DNA of 64,000 nucleotides from a virus (Duplodnaviria; Heunggongvirae; Uroviricota; Caudoviricetes): IMG/VR virus record IMGVR_UViG_3300037067_007156, positions 205,519 to 269,518 of that record; one strand, 5' to 3'. Shown piece by piece: positions 9,161 to 19,530 of this stretch (position 1 is its first letter; each line of letters starts with the position of its first letter). The notes under the pieces were generated by a model. It saw only the letters and a program-made list of their open reading frames with translations, ran no database searches and was not told where the DNA came from. The position numbers and the translations under genes were made by a program.

Positions 9161-11029
9161 ATGTATATTCAAAACAGTTCATTCTTAACACCAACATATA
9201 AAGTCATCAGACCATACGAATGCTCTATGGTTGCTATTGAAGGTGTGGACACAGCAGGTAAAATATCTTTACAAGGTCTTGAAATTCCTTATGATTCATT
9301 TTTTGTTTCTAAAATGACCCTAAATTCGGGAGCGACAAATAGGCCAATTTTATATGGTTTCTTAGGAAATGAAATAACTTTTTTGATTATTAAAGTTATT
9401 TATAATAATAATGTAGACCCAAGATGTTGTTCTACATCTGATGATGAAAATTATATTGAATATTATTTTGCCGACCAACCAGATATTATAAGACCAGTAA
9501 GTCAATTAATGGTATTATCTGGTACTCAAACACACAGAATACCACAAATTTATTTAAATAATCCACATTCTTTTAATGTTATAGTTGAAATAATGGTAGC
9601 AACACTTAATGATATAGAAGGTGCAAACATTGATAATAACGTAACACAGGCTATATTTGATGGACTATATTATAATTCTATATTAACAGATAGAGTTTTA
9701 AGTGGTTGTACTCAATTTGAAGTTATTAATGAAAATAGTGCAACGATATTAGTTCTTCCAATAGAATTATTTGATACAGATGCCAATATTCATAATATTG
9801 AACAAACTGGAAATGTTTTAACTATTACTACTCAAAATACAGAAAAAACAATTCTTAAATTTTTATCCGTGTGGGATGCTAACCAAGCTCATAGTAGATT
9901 TGCTTGGATATTAAAAAATTCAACTAATAGATATTTAACAAAAGATTATCCAGCACCAGATTTATTATCACCTGTTATCACAATGAATCCATATGTTGAT
10001 GGTATATTTAATATAACAGGCGCAACAAGTGATTTACTAAGAACATATTATGTTGATTCTGTAAATGACGATAGAGATGGTGAAATAAACATAAATGATG
10101 TTGGTGTTATAATAAGAGAACACGGTTCTATTACTATATTGAATGATATTCCTTATGAAGGAGAATTTGATGTTTTATTTACAATAGCTGATATAGCTAG
10201 TAATGCAACAACATTGATGAGAACAGTATTATTTGATGCTACACCACCTGTTATTACAATGACAACTGCTGCATCAGGAAGCACGATACCAATGTCGATT
10301 TTAAATGATAGTCAACTGGTTGTTTCAGAAGGATTGACAGAAATGGATGTTATTCGTAAATGTATTAGTACTGTGATAGATAATATTGATGGAAATATTC
10401 CAATTAGTGCAGTTACATTATCAATAACTGGTACAACATTCCCGATAACTGTTGGTGGGTTAATCCCTATTACATTTTCAGCTCATGATAGAGCTTCGAA
10501 TATCACATTAATTTCAGGAAAAACTTTAAGTGTTACTGATGACATACCACCTATTCTTTTAGATGGTTTTATGTTGTCAACTCCAACTGGTATCACTGGT
10601 GATTTTGAAACTGGATATATTTTAAATGTTAATGGTGATTCTGGTACAACATATAATTTACAATTTTTATCTGGCGTAACAAAAGATAAAGATTTGGTTG
10701 TTGGACAATATTATCCATTCTTTATTTCTTCTTATACTTTACCAACTGGTGGTACTTATTCAAGTTTAGATTCATATTATATGTCGAATTATTCTTCAGG
10801 AGTTACTTTGAGTTACTATATTAATATGGCTAACGGTACAACTGCTTTGTTTAATCTAAGTGGTGGTACAATTGAACCGATGATAGATGGGTGTTATAAT
10901 ACAACAGGTTTACAAATACGTGGTGATTTTCCAACAGCTACTCTATATATTAGTGGTGATATTGAAGACCAACATGGAAATATCAATTCAATGTTATTTA
11001 CAATGAATATAGTTAATCCATACGTTTAA
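9161..11029 (+). CDS. putative virion protein with bacterial Ig-like (DUF5011/HYR-type) domains
   Basis: Repeated D.TPPVIT...DN.DG.I......D.ASN modules. Confidence 0.6.
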   Translation: MYIQNSSFLTPTYKVIRPYECSMVAIEGVDTAGKISLQGLEIPYDSFFVSKMTLNSGATNRPILYGFLGNEITFLIIKVIYNNNVDPRCCSTSDDENYIEYYFADQPDIIRPVSQLMVLSGTQTHRIPQIYLNNPHSFNVIVEIMVATLNDIEGANIDNNVTQAIFDGLYYNSILTDRVLSGCTQFEVINENSATILVLPIELFDTDANIHNIEQTGNVLTITTQNTEKTILKFLSVWDANQAHSRFAWILKNSTNRYLTKDYPAPDLLSPVITMNPYVDGIFNITGATSDLLRTYYVDSVNDDRDGEININDVGVIIREHGSITILNDIPYEGEFDVLFTIADIASNATTLMRTVLFDATPPVITMTTAASGSTIPMSILNDSQLVVSEGLTEMDVIRKCISTVIDNIDGNIPISAVTLSITGTTFPITVGGLIPITFSAHDRASNITLISGKTLSVTDDIPPILLDGFMLSTPTGITGDFETGYILNVNGDSGTTYNLQFLSGVTKDKDLVVGQYYPFFISSYTLPTGGTYSSLDSYYMSNYSSGVTLSYYINMANGTTALFNLSGGTIEPMIDGCYNTTGLQIRGDFPTATLYISGDIEDQHGNINSMLFTMNIVNPYV

Positions 11030-11050
11030 TATTATTATATTTTTGTTTTA

Positions 11051-11084
11051 AAAAAGTCACTTATTAAAAAATAAGTGACTTTTT
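11051..11084 (+). terminator. intrinsic terminator
   Basis: AAAAAGTCACTTATT / AATAAGTGACTTTTT hairpin after the 11029 stop. Confidence 0.7.
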
Positions 11085-11137
11085 AAATTTAGACCCAATT
11101 AAGTTAAATATATAGTTATAAAAAATTATTTATTTTT

Positions 11138-11605
11138 ATGAAAAATGTTGATTTATTTAGATTAAGAGAAGGATTAAATAATGTTTCAAATTTAAAGGGT
11201 GTTAAATTTGCATATGTTGTTTTAAAGAATAAAAAGATTGTTGAAGAAGAAATCGAAACACTTCAAAAATCAATTGAAATGTCGGAACAATTTCAAGAAT
11301 TTGAAAGAAAAAGAATTGGACTTTGTGAACAATATTCTGAAAAAAATAAAGATGGTTCACCAATCATAGTTAATAATGCATATAATATACCTGATAGGGA
11401 AAAATTCGAAATTGAGGTAGCTGGTTTAAAAAGTCAATATCTTGATTGTGTGTCTGAAAGAGAAAGTCAATTAAGAGAATATGATAAACTTTTGAAAGAT
11501 GATACGGATGTGCTTGGTAAACTTTCAAAAATAAATATAAACCATATACCTGATGATATTTCAGCTACACAGTTGGATTCAATTAAAGAAATTATTGAAG
11601 ATTAA
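11138..11605 (+). CDS. hypothetical coiled-coil phage protein (possible fibre-assembly helper)
   Basis: Helical, charged 155-aa ORF (KGVKFAYVVLKN) among the fibre genes. Confidence 0.65.
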   Translation: MKNVDLFRLREGLNNVSNLKGVKFAYVVLKNKKIVEEEIETLQKSIEMSEQFQEFERKRIGLCEQYSEKNKDGSPIIVNNAYNIPDREKFEIEVAGLKSQYLDCVSERESQLREYDKLLKDDTDVLGKLSKININHIPDDISATQLDSIKEIIED

Positions 11606-11646
11606 ATTTAAATTCTCATACATATAATATAAAATTGAACATTTTT

Positions 11647-11680
11647 AATCCCAACTTAATATTTCAAGTTGGGATTTTTA
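11647..11680 (+). terminator. intrinsic terminator
   Basis: AATCCCAACTT / AAGTTGGGATT stem followed by a T tract. Confidence 0.75.
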
Positions 11681-11721
11681 TTTGGTGTGAATTTTAATAT
11701 ATAAAGAAAAATATTAAAATA

Positions 11722-12303
11722 ATGGCAGCTTTTAATTATACATTAGAAACATTTTTGGCTACCCCAGCTCTCGGTGATACTCAATTGCGGGTTTATGATA
11801 AAAATCGAGTATTAAAGTATACTCTTAATCCAGACTTATCATCATTTTTTGTTAAAAATAATTTAGTTATTATTAAAGTTGAAAACACTAATGATATAAT
11901 ATTAAATTTTGAAACAACACCAATTGCTGTTCAAGCTTTATCTAAACTAAATTGGGCTAAAAAAGAAGTATCTAAATCACCTGTCATTGTTATATCTTCG
12001 GTTGTATTTTCATTGGCTAATTTAAATATGATAGCCACTGGTACTACACTTGATGGTGATATAGCTTGTTTATCACCGATAGGTGAAGAACCACTATCAA
12101 ATGTCAGGGTGTTTATAAATGGTGTTGAAGTTAGTGTTGGAGCAGATTTAGATTGTTTCTTTTCACCAGATGGAGGTACAACAAAAAGAAATATTGCAGA
12201 AGCGGTTATTGGCGATTTTCTACATTGGAACGGTAGTGTAATTGGTTACCAATTAGACGCAATTGACCAAATAGATTTTGTTTATTTAATTAAAAAAGAT
12301 TAA
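11722..12303 (+). CDS. putative virion protein with shared C-terminal 'V.VF.NG' module
   Basis: The C-terminus VRVFINGVEV...CFFSPDGG...GYQLDAIDQIDFVY is paralogous to that of 15102..16364. TTAATATATA at 11694-11703. Confidence 0.7.
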   Translation: MAAFNYTLETFLATPALGDTQLRVYDKNRVLKYTLNPDLSSFFVKNNLVIIKVENTNDIILNFETTPIAVQALSKLNWAKKEVSKSPVIVISSVVFSLANLNMIATGTTLDGDIACLSPIGEEPLSNVRVFINGVEVSVGADLDCFFSPDGGTTKRNIAEAVIGDFLHWNGSVIGYQLDAIDQIDFVYLIKKD

Positions 12304-12308
12304 AAATT

Positions 12309-13052
12309 ATGATTTTTAAATTTAAAGAATTTATTCTTGAAAAATTAGATATTCGAAACGATATCGATTTACAAAAAGAATTTGATGATATAAATAACAG
12401 GTGTTTTAATAATGAATTACCTAAAATATCACTTGTATGGGTTAAAAGTAAAAAAGTTGGTGGTAGAACAACATCCAAATACAACCCAAATATCAAATCA
12501 TATCAAGTTGAAAAAATAGAAATTTCTTATTTTTTTGAAATGGACTATGATAGGTTTAAAAATATTTTAGCCCATGAAATGGTACATGCTTATATTTATG
12601 AAAAAAACATAAAAGAATATGGTGGTTCACACGGTATTCATTTTAAGGAATGGATGAGGAAATTAAACAATATGGGGTTTAACATTGACATTAAAGATGA
12701 TGCCACCGATTTAAAAATAACTGATGAAAATGATTTATCAAAAACAATGGTTGTGTTTTTAGAAAAAGAAGAAAAACGTGATAAAACATTTGAATATGGA
12801 CTTACACTTTTTCAGGAAAATTTTGTAACTGATGAAATTAAAGAAAGAATATTAAACGCTTTTCGAAGAACAAATACTTATACACATAAAAAATTATATT
12901 TAACTTTTATTAAATCAAAAGATGCCCGATTAAAAAGATATAAAATTAAAAGAAGTCTTTCGACATTTTCAGTATTCACTATTACTGAAAAGTTTTATAA
13001 CGAATTAATGGAACAGGGTGATATATTTTATGATACGGTTTTAATTGAATAA
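12309..13052 (+). CDS. SprT-like zinc metalloprotease with capsid-targeting-like leader
   Basis: ILAHEMVHAY (HExxH) plus SHGIHF. Leader MIFKFKEFILE. Confidence 0.85.
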   Translation: MIFKFKEFILEKLDIRNDIDLQKEFDDINNRCFNNELPKISLVWVKSKKVGGRTTSKYNPNIKSYQVEKIEISYFFEMDYDRFKNILAHEMVHAYIYEKNIKEYGGSHGIHFKEWMRKLNNMGFNIDIKDDATDLKITDENDLSKTMVVFLEKEEKRDKTFEYGLTLFQENFVTDEIKERILNAFRRTNTYTHKKLYLTFIKSKDARLKRYKIKRSLSTFSVFTITEKFYNELMEQGDIFYDTVLIE

Positions 13053-13146
13053 AATCAAAAAATTTCATTTTAACATTTTTAAGGCATACTGAAATTATTT
13101 TTGTTTGAAAAATTAATATATAAAATAAAAGTATTTTCAAAACATT

Positions 13147-14907
13147 ATGCCTAAAATTCGTAGTAAGCAAATAAACGCTGATACTTTACCTGTAAACCCA
13201 CATGACGTGGTTAATAAAGCATATGCTGATAGTTTAATAGCATCTGGTGGAACAGGTTCTATTTCAATACAAGACGAGGGTGTTTTAGTTAGCTCAGGTA
13301 CAACTATATTGAATTTTATAGGCACATCGGTTTTAGCTAAACAAGGAGTTGGTAGAGTGGATATTTTTATTCCTTCACCATCATATGTTTCGCATTTTAA
13401 TACGGCTGATAGTATCACAAATGCTATATTGACAGGTATTACAACAACTCAAAGATATATTTCAAACCCCACAACTGAAGGAACACCTTTTAAAATAGGT
13501 AGTTGGGTGGCTGGTTCAACACATTCAACAATAAGAAATGATGTCAACCCATTATACTTTACACCTCAAACTTTTTCTATATTTAATAGTGCAACAACAT
13601 TAAGAACAAGAGTGTATGATGCTGATGGAACATCGGTATTGGCTGAAAACACTCTTACATTAAATGGTAATGGTACATTTTCACTGGCTGGTATAGAGTA
13701 TATTGTCACAGATTGGAGTACGGATAATGATAGGTATAAAGCTTCTATTTCTATTAGTATACAAATATTACTTCATGGTAGATATAGTATCGAAATAATT
13801 CACTATAACGGAACTGATGGTACTTATACTTTTACTCAAAATAATATATTCAAAGACTCTGAAACAGAGACTGCTAATCTTGATACATCATCCTTAACTA
13901 TTGAAGAAGGAACAAATGTTGTGACTAAATATATTAGTGGTGTTGAGTTCTATACATTAAATACACAGTGGCATGTTCGTATTACTAATGTAAATTATTT
14001 AAATAGTATCTCTTTTCCAACTACTCAGCAAATGACATTAAGTGAAAATAATTTATTTATCTCAACTGATTTAAATGTTCATGGTTTTGGTGGTGTATAT
14101 GATACATTTTCCGGTACAACTTGGAATTATTCTCATAATAATACTGGTGCTACTTATGACAAATTAAATTGGACTACTAATCAAACTAATCAAACAAATT
14201 GGAATAACACTTCGGGTTTATTAAATCAAAATGTAATTATAGTAAGTGTTTATGATTGGAGTTTAGTAGATACTGCAACTTCATCAGGATATAATTTCTT
14301 GATTGATACTTTAGTAGATGGTTCAGATAGGAATTCTGAAATGTTTAGAAGTGAAAATACATCAGGATACCCAAGATTACAAACTGATTTATTAACACCT
14401 TGGGTATCGAGTGATAGTTTAACTGGTAATACTGGATTACAAATTTTAGGTGATAGATTAGTTTATCCGAAATATAATTTCTCTTTATATTCACCAACTG
14501 GTAATCAACCAAATTATAGTTCTTTAACTGGGAGTAAAACATATCAAAGATTATTTGAAACTAATGGTGCTAATGTTTCCAATGGTATTATTATATTTTC
14601 TGACCATAATATTACTGAAAGTGATTTATTATCTGGTAACGTTTTAATTGATATGTCTATTGATGATGGTAGTACATGGTGGAGTTTAAATTCACAATGG
14701 GCAGGTTCACCACTGACAGATGGTGATGGATGTAGGGTTGATATTACTGAATATGGTCTTGGTACAGGTATTATAAATAATAGTGCATTAAGATTTACGT
14801 TTAGTATTTATTCATCAACTTATATACATTTAAGAATTACGTATAATATATTAGCTATTAGCAAATATATAGGCGGTATAGATATAACTGATGGAAATTG
14901 GATTTAA
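13147..14907 (+). CDS. Ser/Thr/Gly-rich virion fibre or decoration protein (paralog A)
   Basis: MPKIRSKQI start, DVVNKAYAD motif and a C-terminal domain related to 19531..21189. TTAATATATA at 13113-13122. Confidence 0.7.
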   Translation: MPKIRSKQINADTLPVNPHDVVNKAYADSLIASGGTGSISIQDEGVLVSSGTTILNFIGTSVLAKQGVGRVDIFIPSPSYVSHFNTADSITNAILTGITTTQRYISNPTTEGTPFKIGSWVAGSTHSTIRNDVNPLYFTPQTFSIFNSATTLRTRVYDADGTSVLAENTLTLNGNGTFSLAGIEYIVTDWSTDNDRYKASISISIQILLHGRYSIEIIHYNGTDGTYTFTQNNIFKDSETETANLDTSSLTIEEGTNVVTKYISGVEFYTLNTQWHVRITNVNYLNSISFPTTQQMTLSENNLFISTDLNVHGFGGVYDTFSGTTWNYSHNNTGATYDKLNWTTNQTNQTNWNNTSGLLNQNVIIVSVYDWSLVDTATSSGYNFLIDTLVDGSDRNSEMFRSENTSGYPRLQTDLLTPWVSSDSLTGNTGLQILGDRLVYPKYNFSLYSPTGNQPNYSSLTGSKTYQRLFETNGANVSNGIIIFSDHNITESDLLSGNVLIDMSIDDGSTWWSLNSQWAGSPLTDGDGCRVDITEYGLGTGIINNSALRFTFSIYSSTYIHLRITYNILAISKYIGGIDITDGNWI

Positions 14908-14923
14908 AAAATAATTAAAAAAT

Positions 14924-15085
14924 ATGTCAGATTTTGAAATAAGGAAAATATCAGAAAATAAATATTATTTGAACTTAATAAAAAATGTAGATGAAAATCT
15001 TATTTCAAATGGTTTATCTTTTGATAAAAATGAACTTTATGTATTATATATGAAGTTGAGAGAAATTTTCAGCAGTGCTGATTAA
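14924..15085 (+). CDS. small hypothetical protein (53 aa, not in track)
   Basis: ATG..TAA ORF MSDFEIRKISENKYY... that fills the intergenic gap. Confidence 0.55.
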   Translation: MSDFEIRKISENKYYLNLIKNVDENLISNGLSFDKNELYVLYMKLREIFSSAD

Positions 15086-15101
15086 AAATTAAAATAATTA
15101 A

Positions 15102-16364
15102 ATGGGTTCATTATCATCAAACGAACAAAGAAAGTTAGCATATTTTCATGCATTAAGTAAAACTATGACTGAAGGTACACAAGAAGTGTATGAAACAAGA
15201 TATAAATCTTCACATAATGTTACTTTAAATGAAGTATGGTTTGATAATATATATTATGCAGCAGATTATACAACTGCTGTGGCAGAATCATTAACAAATT
15301 CAGCTGTTACATTATTTTATCAAGTAACAATGGATATGATTTATGGTTCTAATGGACAAGCATATTCATATATATCAGGTGGTACATATAAAGATTCATC
15401 ATATCCAGCTTTGGAAAGAGGTCAGTTAACATCTGGTGCTACATTCATACGACCCTTTATTGCACCAACAGATGTTCCACACCCTCAAACAAATGACCCA
15501 AGTTACGGTTATGCTCTTAGATTATTTCGAGGTGATGATGCAACAAGTGGTGTACCAGGTAGTGAGATTTATCCCACAGAAGGTGCATATACAATCGATT
15601 ATTATTCGGGTGTAATTCATTTCGCACTTGGCTACACACCTACAAATATGGGGTGGGGGTCGATAAAATCTACGTTTTTTTGTTACACTGGAAGTTATGG
15701 TACATCTGGAAGTTTTGCATCAGCTTTATTTAATTCTGGAACAAGTCAAATAATTTTCAATTCGGGGGAAACAACCGAAACGATATTAGATTTGAGTTCT
15801 CTTAATAATGTAAGTGGTTTCACAACTGCAATTTTTGATAATTTAACAAATCATTTAGTTTTTAATTCCGGTGGAACTAATCAAACTCTTGTAGATTTAA
15901 GTTGGTTAAAAGATAATAGTGGATTTACTTCTGTTGAATTTAATTCGGGTAATAATTATTTGATTTTTAATTCCGGTGGAACTAATCAACAAATAGCAGA
16001 TTTAACAAGTCTGAAAAGTATTACTGGGTTGACCAGTCTATTATCTAACTTGAATATTGATATGCCAGCTAATACAACAAGTTCGGGTTCAACTTTAGCT
16101 TGTAGTGTACCATTATTAAATAATTCTATATCTAATTCATATGTATCTGTTTATGTGAATGGAATTCAAGTTACAGTTGGTGATGGTATTAAAACAAAAG
16201 ATTGTTATTTCAGTTCTGATGGCGGTGTAACTGCTAAATTATCGGATAATGTTTTAATTGGAGACTCATTATATTGGAGTTATAATATTAGTGGGAATCC
16301 TATTTCTGGATTTGATTTAAATTCAGTTACTGATAAAATAACATTTATTTATTTGACATTATAA
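15102..16364 (+). CDS. virion fibre or decoration protein (paralog B)
   Basis: N-terminus related to 21231, internal FNSG.T...DLS.L repeats and the shared C-terminal module. Confidence 0.7.
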   Translation: MGSLSSNEQRKLAYFHALSKTMTEGTQEVYETRYKSSHNVTLNEVWFDNIYYAADYTTAVAESLTNSAVTLFYQVTMDMIYGSNGQAYSYISGGTYKDSSYPALERGQLTSGATFIRPFIAPTDVPHPQTNDPSYGYALRLFRGDDATSGVPGSEIYPTEGAYTIDYYSGVIHFALGYTPTNMGWGSIKSTFFCYTGSYGTSGSFASALFNSGTSQIIFNSGETTETILDLSSLNNVSGFTTAIFDNLTNHLVFNSGGTNQTLVDLSWLKDNSGFTSVEFNSGNNYLIFNSGGTNQQIADLTSLKSITGLTSLLSNLNIDMPANTTSSGSTLACSVPLLNNSISNSYVSVYVNGIQVTVGDGIKTKDCYFSSDGGVTAKLSDNVLIGDSLYWSYNISGNPISGFDLNSVTDKITFIYLTL

Positions 16365-16393
16365 TTAAAAAATATAAAAATATCTATAAATTT

Positions 16394-17464
16394 ATGATAA
16401 CGAATTTTTTAATTTTTATAAATGAGGCTATCGAAAAAAAAATTATATTATATAGAGGTGATTCTACATACATTGACAAATTTAATTATGAAAAATTTGA
16501 GGATACTGCTATTTACGGTTTGGGTTTATATTTAACGGATAATAAAAGAGTTGCATATACTTATACATTAAAAGGTGATAATTCTTCTATTGTTACTGAA
16601 ATCTTCCCAAGCTCAGAAAAGCAAAAAGATGCTGAATTATGTTTTGTTATTGAAAAACTTTTAAATCAAGTTAATGAAACAAATATACCTGATGAAGAAT
16701 TGTATGATATTTTTAATACTTTAAAAGTTTATGAATATGGGTACGGAAAAGATATGATTGAAAGATATAAACATGGTGATAAATTATTCTGGATGGATAA
16801 AGAAAAAGCTGATAAAATGTCATTCGAAGAACGTAAAGAATCTATAAAAGAATATGATTTTCTAATAAGTAATATAAAAAATAATATTAAAAAATTAGAA
16901 GAAGTTCATAAAAGATATGATGTTTTAATAAATAAAACATTAACTTATTACGAAACAGTTAAAAAACAGTTTGATTTTTTATATGACGGTGGTGAAGGAT
17001 GGAAAGTAATTCATAAAGAAAAAAATGTAGGTCATGTGAGTGAATTTTTAGTTGACCAAGCGGTAATTGAAAAATGTTACATCGCAAACATACCAATGAC
17101 AGATGAAATTATTAGTATTTTGAGAAGAACAATTAATAGATATATTAAAAGTGAAAAAATTGCAGAATATTTAAAGAATTATTATTTTTTTGTTGATAGA
17201 TTTAATTTTAAATATTTCATGACTAATATTTCTGATTATCATAATAAAGATAATATAACTCTGTCGAATTTCCTATATGATAATAGTGTTTTTCGAAATA
17301 GAGATACTCATTTTGAGACAAATGACTGGAATTATTTCAAATCCGAAATGAAAAAATTAGGATATAAAGGAATTATATATGATGGAGGTGAACATTTAAA
17401 TTCACCAATAAAACATAAAGCATATGTTATATGGGATTTAAATGATGTGGAAAGAGTTAAGTAG
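16394..17464 (+). CDS. ADP-ribosyltransferase-like protein (ART-PolyVal type) with leader
   Basis: LYRGD...YGLGLYLTDNKRVAYTY and GYKGIIYDGG...AYVIWD. Leader MITNFLIFINE. Confidence 0.65.
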   Translation: MITNFLIFINEAIEKKIILYRGDSTYIDKFNYEKFEDTAIYGLGLYLTDNKRVAYTYTLKGDNSSIVTEIFPSSEKQKDAELCFVIEKLLNQVNETNIPDEELYDIFNTLKVYEYGYGKDMIERYKHGDKLFWMDKEKADKMSFEERKESIKEYDFLISNIKNNIKKLEEVHKRYDVLINKTLTYYETVKKQFDFLYDGGEGWKVIHKEKNVGHVSEFLVDQAVIEKCYIANIPMTDEIISILRRTINRYIKSEKIAEYLKNYYFFVDRFNFKYFMTNISDYHNKDNITLSNFLYDNSVFRNRDTHFETNDWNYFKSEMKKLGYKGIIYDGGEHLNSPIKHKAYVIWDLNDVERVK

Positions 17465-19406
17465 TTTTTGAATTATTCCAAATATATTTTAGATTACCAG
17501 AATTATAAACTCTGTAAATATTTCTTTCTAACATTATTTCATGTTCAGTTTTATTTTTATCAAAACCTTCTTTTATTAAAACATCTTTTCTAATTCCAAA
17601 TCTATGATTTCTTTTATCATTTATTACATAATAATAATTTGGTTTAGTTTTATCTATAAAATTGAAACCTATTTTTTCATAAATTTTACCATTAGAAAAA
17701 CTTCTATCAGCAAATGTTAAAATTTCTTTGGGGTTATAGTTTTTAATAAAAAAATGGAATAATTTAGATGCTCCACCTATTACTGTGGTGTTTAACTTAC
17801 TACAAAATCTTAACATTTCATATTTTCCGTCTTCTGATTTAGAATTCATTATTTTTCTTTTTTTCCCAAACGTCATTAAAGATATAAGTTCCTTATTATA
17901 ATACAACCCGATTTTAATTAATGAATTAATATCCCCTTGTATATGATTTTTTAATAAAAAATGTTTAGATTCTTTAGAACTTATTTCTCTAATTTCACAT
18001 TTTCTTGCAAATACTTTATTTTTGTTTACTTTTATTTTATTCAATATAATTGATTTTACTATTTCTTCTTTATAAATCCAATCATCTTCCCAAATATGTA
18101 TTAATTGTATACCTTGTTCTTCACATAAATCAGATTTCATTTTATGATAATTGTCTGGTTTGTATAATTCATTATGCCAATACACACCATTAAATTCAAA
18201 TGCTAAATTTAAATCTGGAAGATAAATATCTAATTCATAAGGATGTATTATTTTTTTAGTGTTGGTAATTATTTCTTTTGGGTAAACACTTTTTATGAAT
18301 TTTAACATTTTCATTTCATCCTCCGAACTACTATTAAACCCCAACGGGTTACAAATTGTACAAATAGTAGATTTATCTCTATGTTTTCTTAAATAATATA
18401 AAGAACTGCTGATACTAAATGTGTGTGATAAATTATTATCACATGATATTACATACTCATGATTATTATTTATTTCTATGAAACCACTTATTTTATCTGT
18501 AATTCTTTTTAAATATTTTATTTGACATTTATCTTTAAATTCTTTTGTTTTTGAATAATGAGATTCATTATATCTTTCTTCAATAGTAACATTTCTTTTA
18601 TTAATAACTTCTATATTCTGTGACGGATTATCACAGCCGTATTTTTCTTTGTTAGTTTGTTTAGTTTTTTCTTTAATCTTTTCATTTTTACTGTGATGTT
18701 CAACCCCATATTTCTTAATACAAGTATTTTTATGTTTATCTTTAAATTCTTTTGTTTTAGAAAAATGGTCAACATTATATTTTTTAATATTTGTTTGTTT
18801 CGTTTTTTCTTTTATTTCATCAGATTGCATTGGATTTTCATAGCCATATTTTTTTAAGTTTGTATGTTTAATTTTTTCTTTTATTTCTTCAGATTGCATT
18901 GGATTTTCATAGCCATATTTTTTTAGGTTTGACTGTTTAATTTTTTCTTTTATTTCTTCAGACTGAAAGGAATTTTCACAACCATATCTTTCTATGTTAG
19001 TTTGTTTCACTTTTTCTTTTATTTCTTCAGATTGCATTGGGTTTTCACAACCATATTTTTTTAAGTTTGTATGTTTAATTTTTTCTTTTATTTCTTCATT
19101 TTCAAACGGGTTTTCACAACCATATTTTTCAATATTTATTTGTCCTATTTTTATAAATCTACAATTATAACAATAATACTTTTCTGTTAAATTGTTTGTG
19201 CATTTGACATATTTATGAAATGGAAGTAATTTAATATTATTACATATATCACATTGACATAATATTTTATAGTGAGAATTTTTAGGTAAATCTTCTATGT
19301 TAACCTCAATTTCGTCATTAATTTTTGTGAACTTATATCCAAGATTTATGAAATACTTTTTATTTGAACCATTCCATTTCACCTTAACTTTTTTATCTAA
19401 AATCAT
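17457..19406 (-). CDS. Hef/DUF559-like homing endonuclease with about eight 23-aa KYG.ENP.QS.EIKEK repeats
   Basis: Zn-ribbon Cys pairs, tandem repeats, the PD-(D/E)xK-type YELDIYLPDLNLAFEFNGVYWH and a GNAT-like C-terminus. Confidence 0.75.
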   Translation of the reverse strand: MILDKKVKVKWNGSNKKYFINLGYKFTKINDEIEVNIEDLPKNSHYKILCQCDICNNIKLLPFHKYVKCTNNLTEKYYCYNCRFIKIGQINIEKYGCENPFENEEIKEKIKHTNLKKYGCENPMQSEEIKEKVKQTNIERYGCENSFQSEEIKEKIKQSNLKKYGYENPMQSEEIKEKIKHTNLKKYGYENPMQSDEIKEKTKQTNIKKYNVDHFSKTKEFKDKHKNTCIKKYGVEHHSKNEKIKEKTKQTNKEKYGCDNPSQNIEVINKRNVTIEERYNESHYSKTKEFKDKCQIKYLKRITDKISGFIEINNNHEYVISCDNNLSHTFSISSSLYYLRKHRDKSTICTICNPLGFNSSSEDEMKMLKFIKSVYPKEIITNTKKIIHPYELDIYLPDLNLAFEFNGVYWHNELYKPDNYHKMKSDLCEEQGIQLIHIWEDDWIYKEEIVKSIILNKIKVNKNKVFARKCEIREISSKESKHFLLKNHIQGDINSLIKIGLYYNKELISLMTFGKKRKIMNSKSEDGKYEMLRFCSKLNTTVIGGASKLFHFFIKNYNPKEILTFADRSFSNGKIYEKIGFNFIDKTKPNYYYVINDKRNHRFGIRKDVLIKEGFDKNKTEHEIMLERNIYRVYNSGNLKYIWNNSKTT

Positions 19407-19530
19407 ATATAAAAATATTTTTATTATTATATAACAGATAAAAATATTTGTTTGAAAATATAAGTTTTATATTTTTTATTTAATATATACGATTATAAGA
19501 TTAAATATTTAAAAACATAAAAATAAAAAA

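Noticed and set aside
18600-19140. 69-bp periodic repeats as a CRISPR array
   Set aside because: The whole unit is conserved as a 23-aa coding repeat with no unique spacers.
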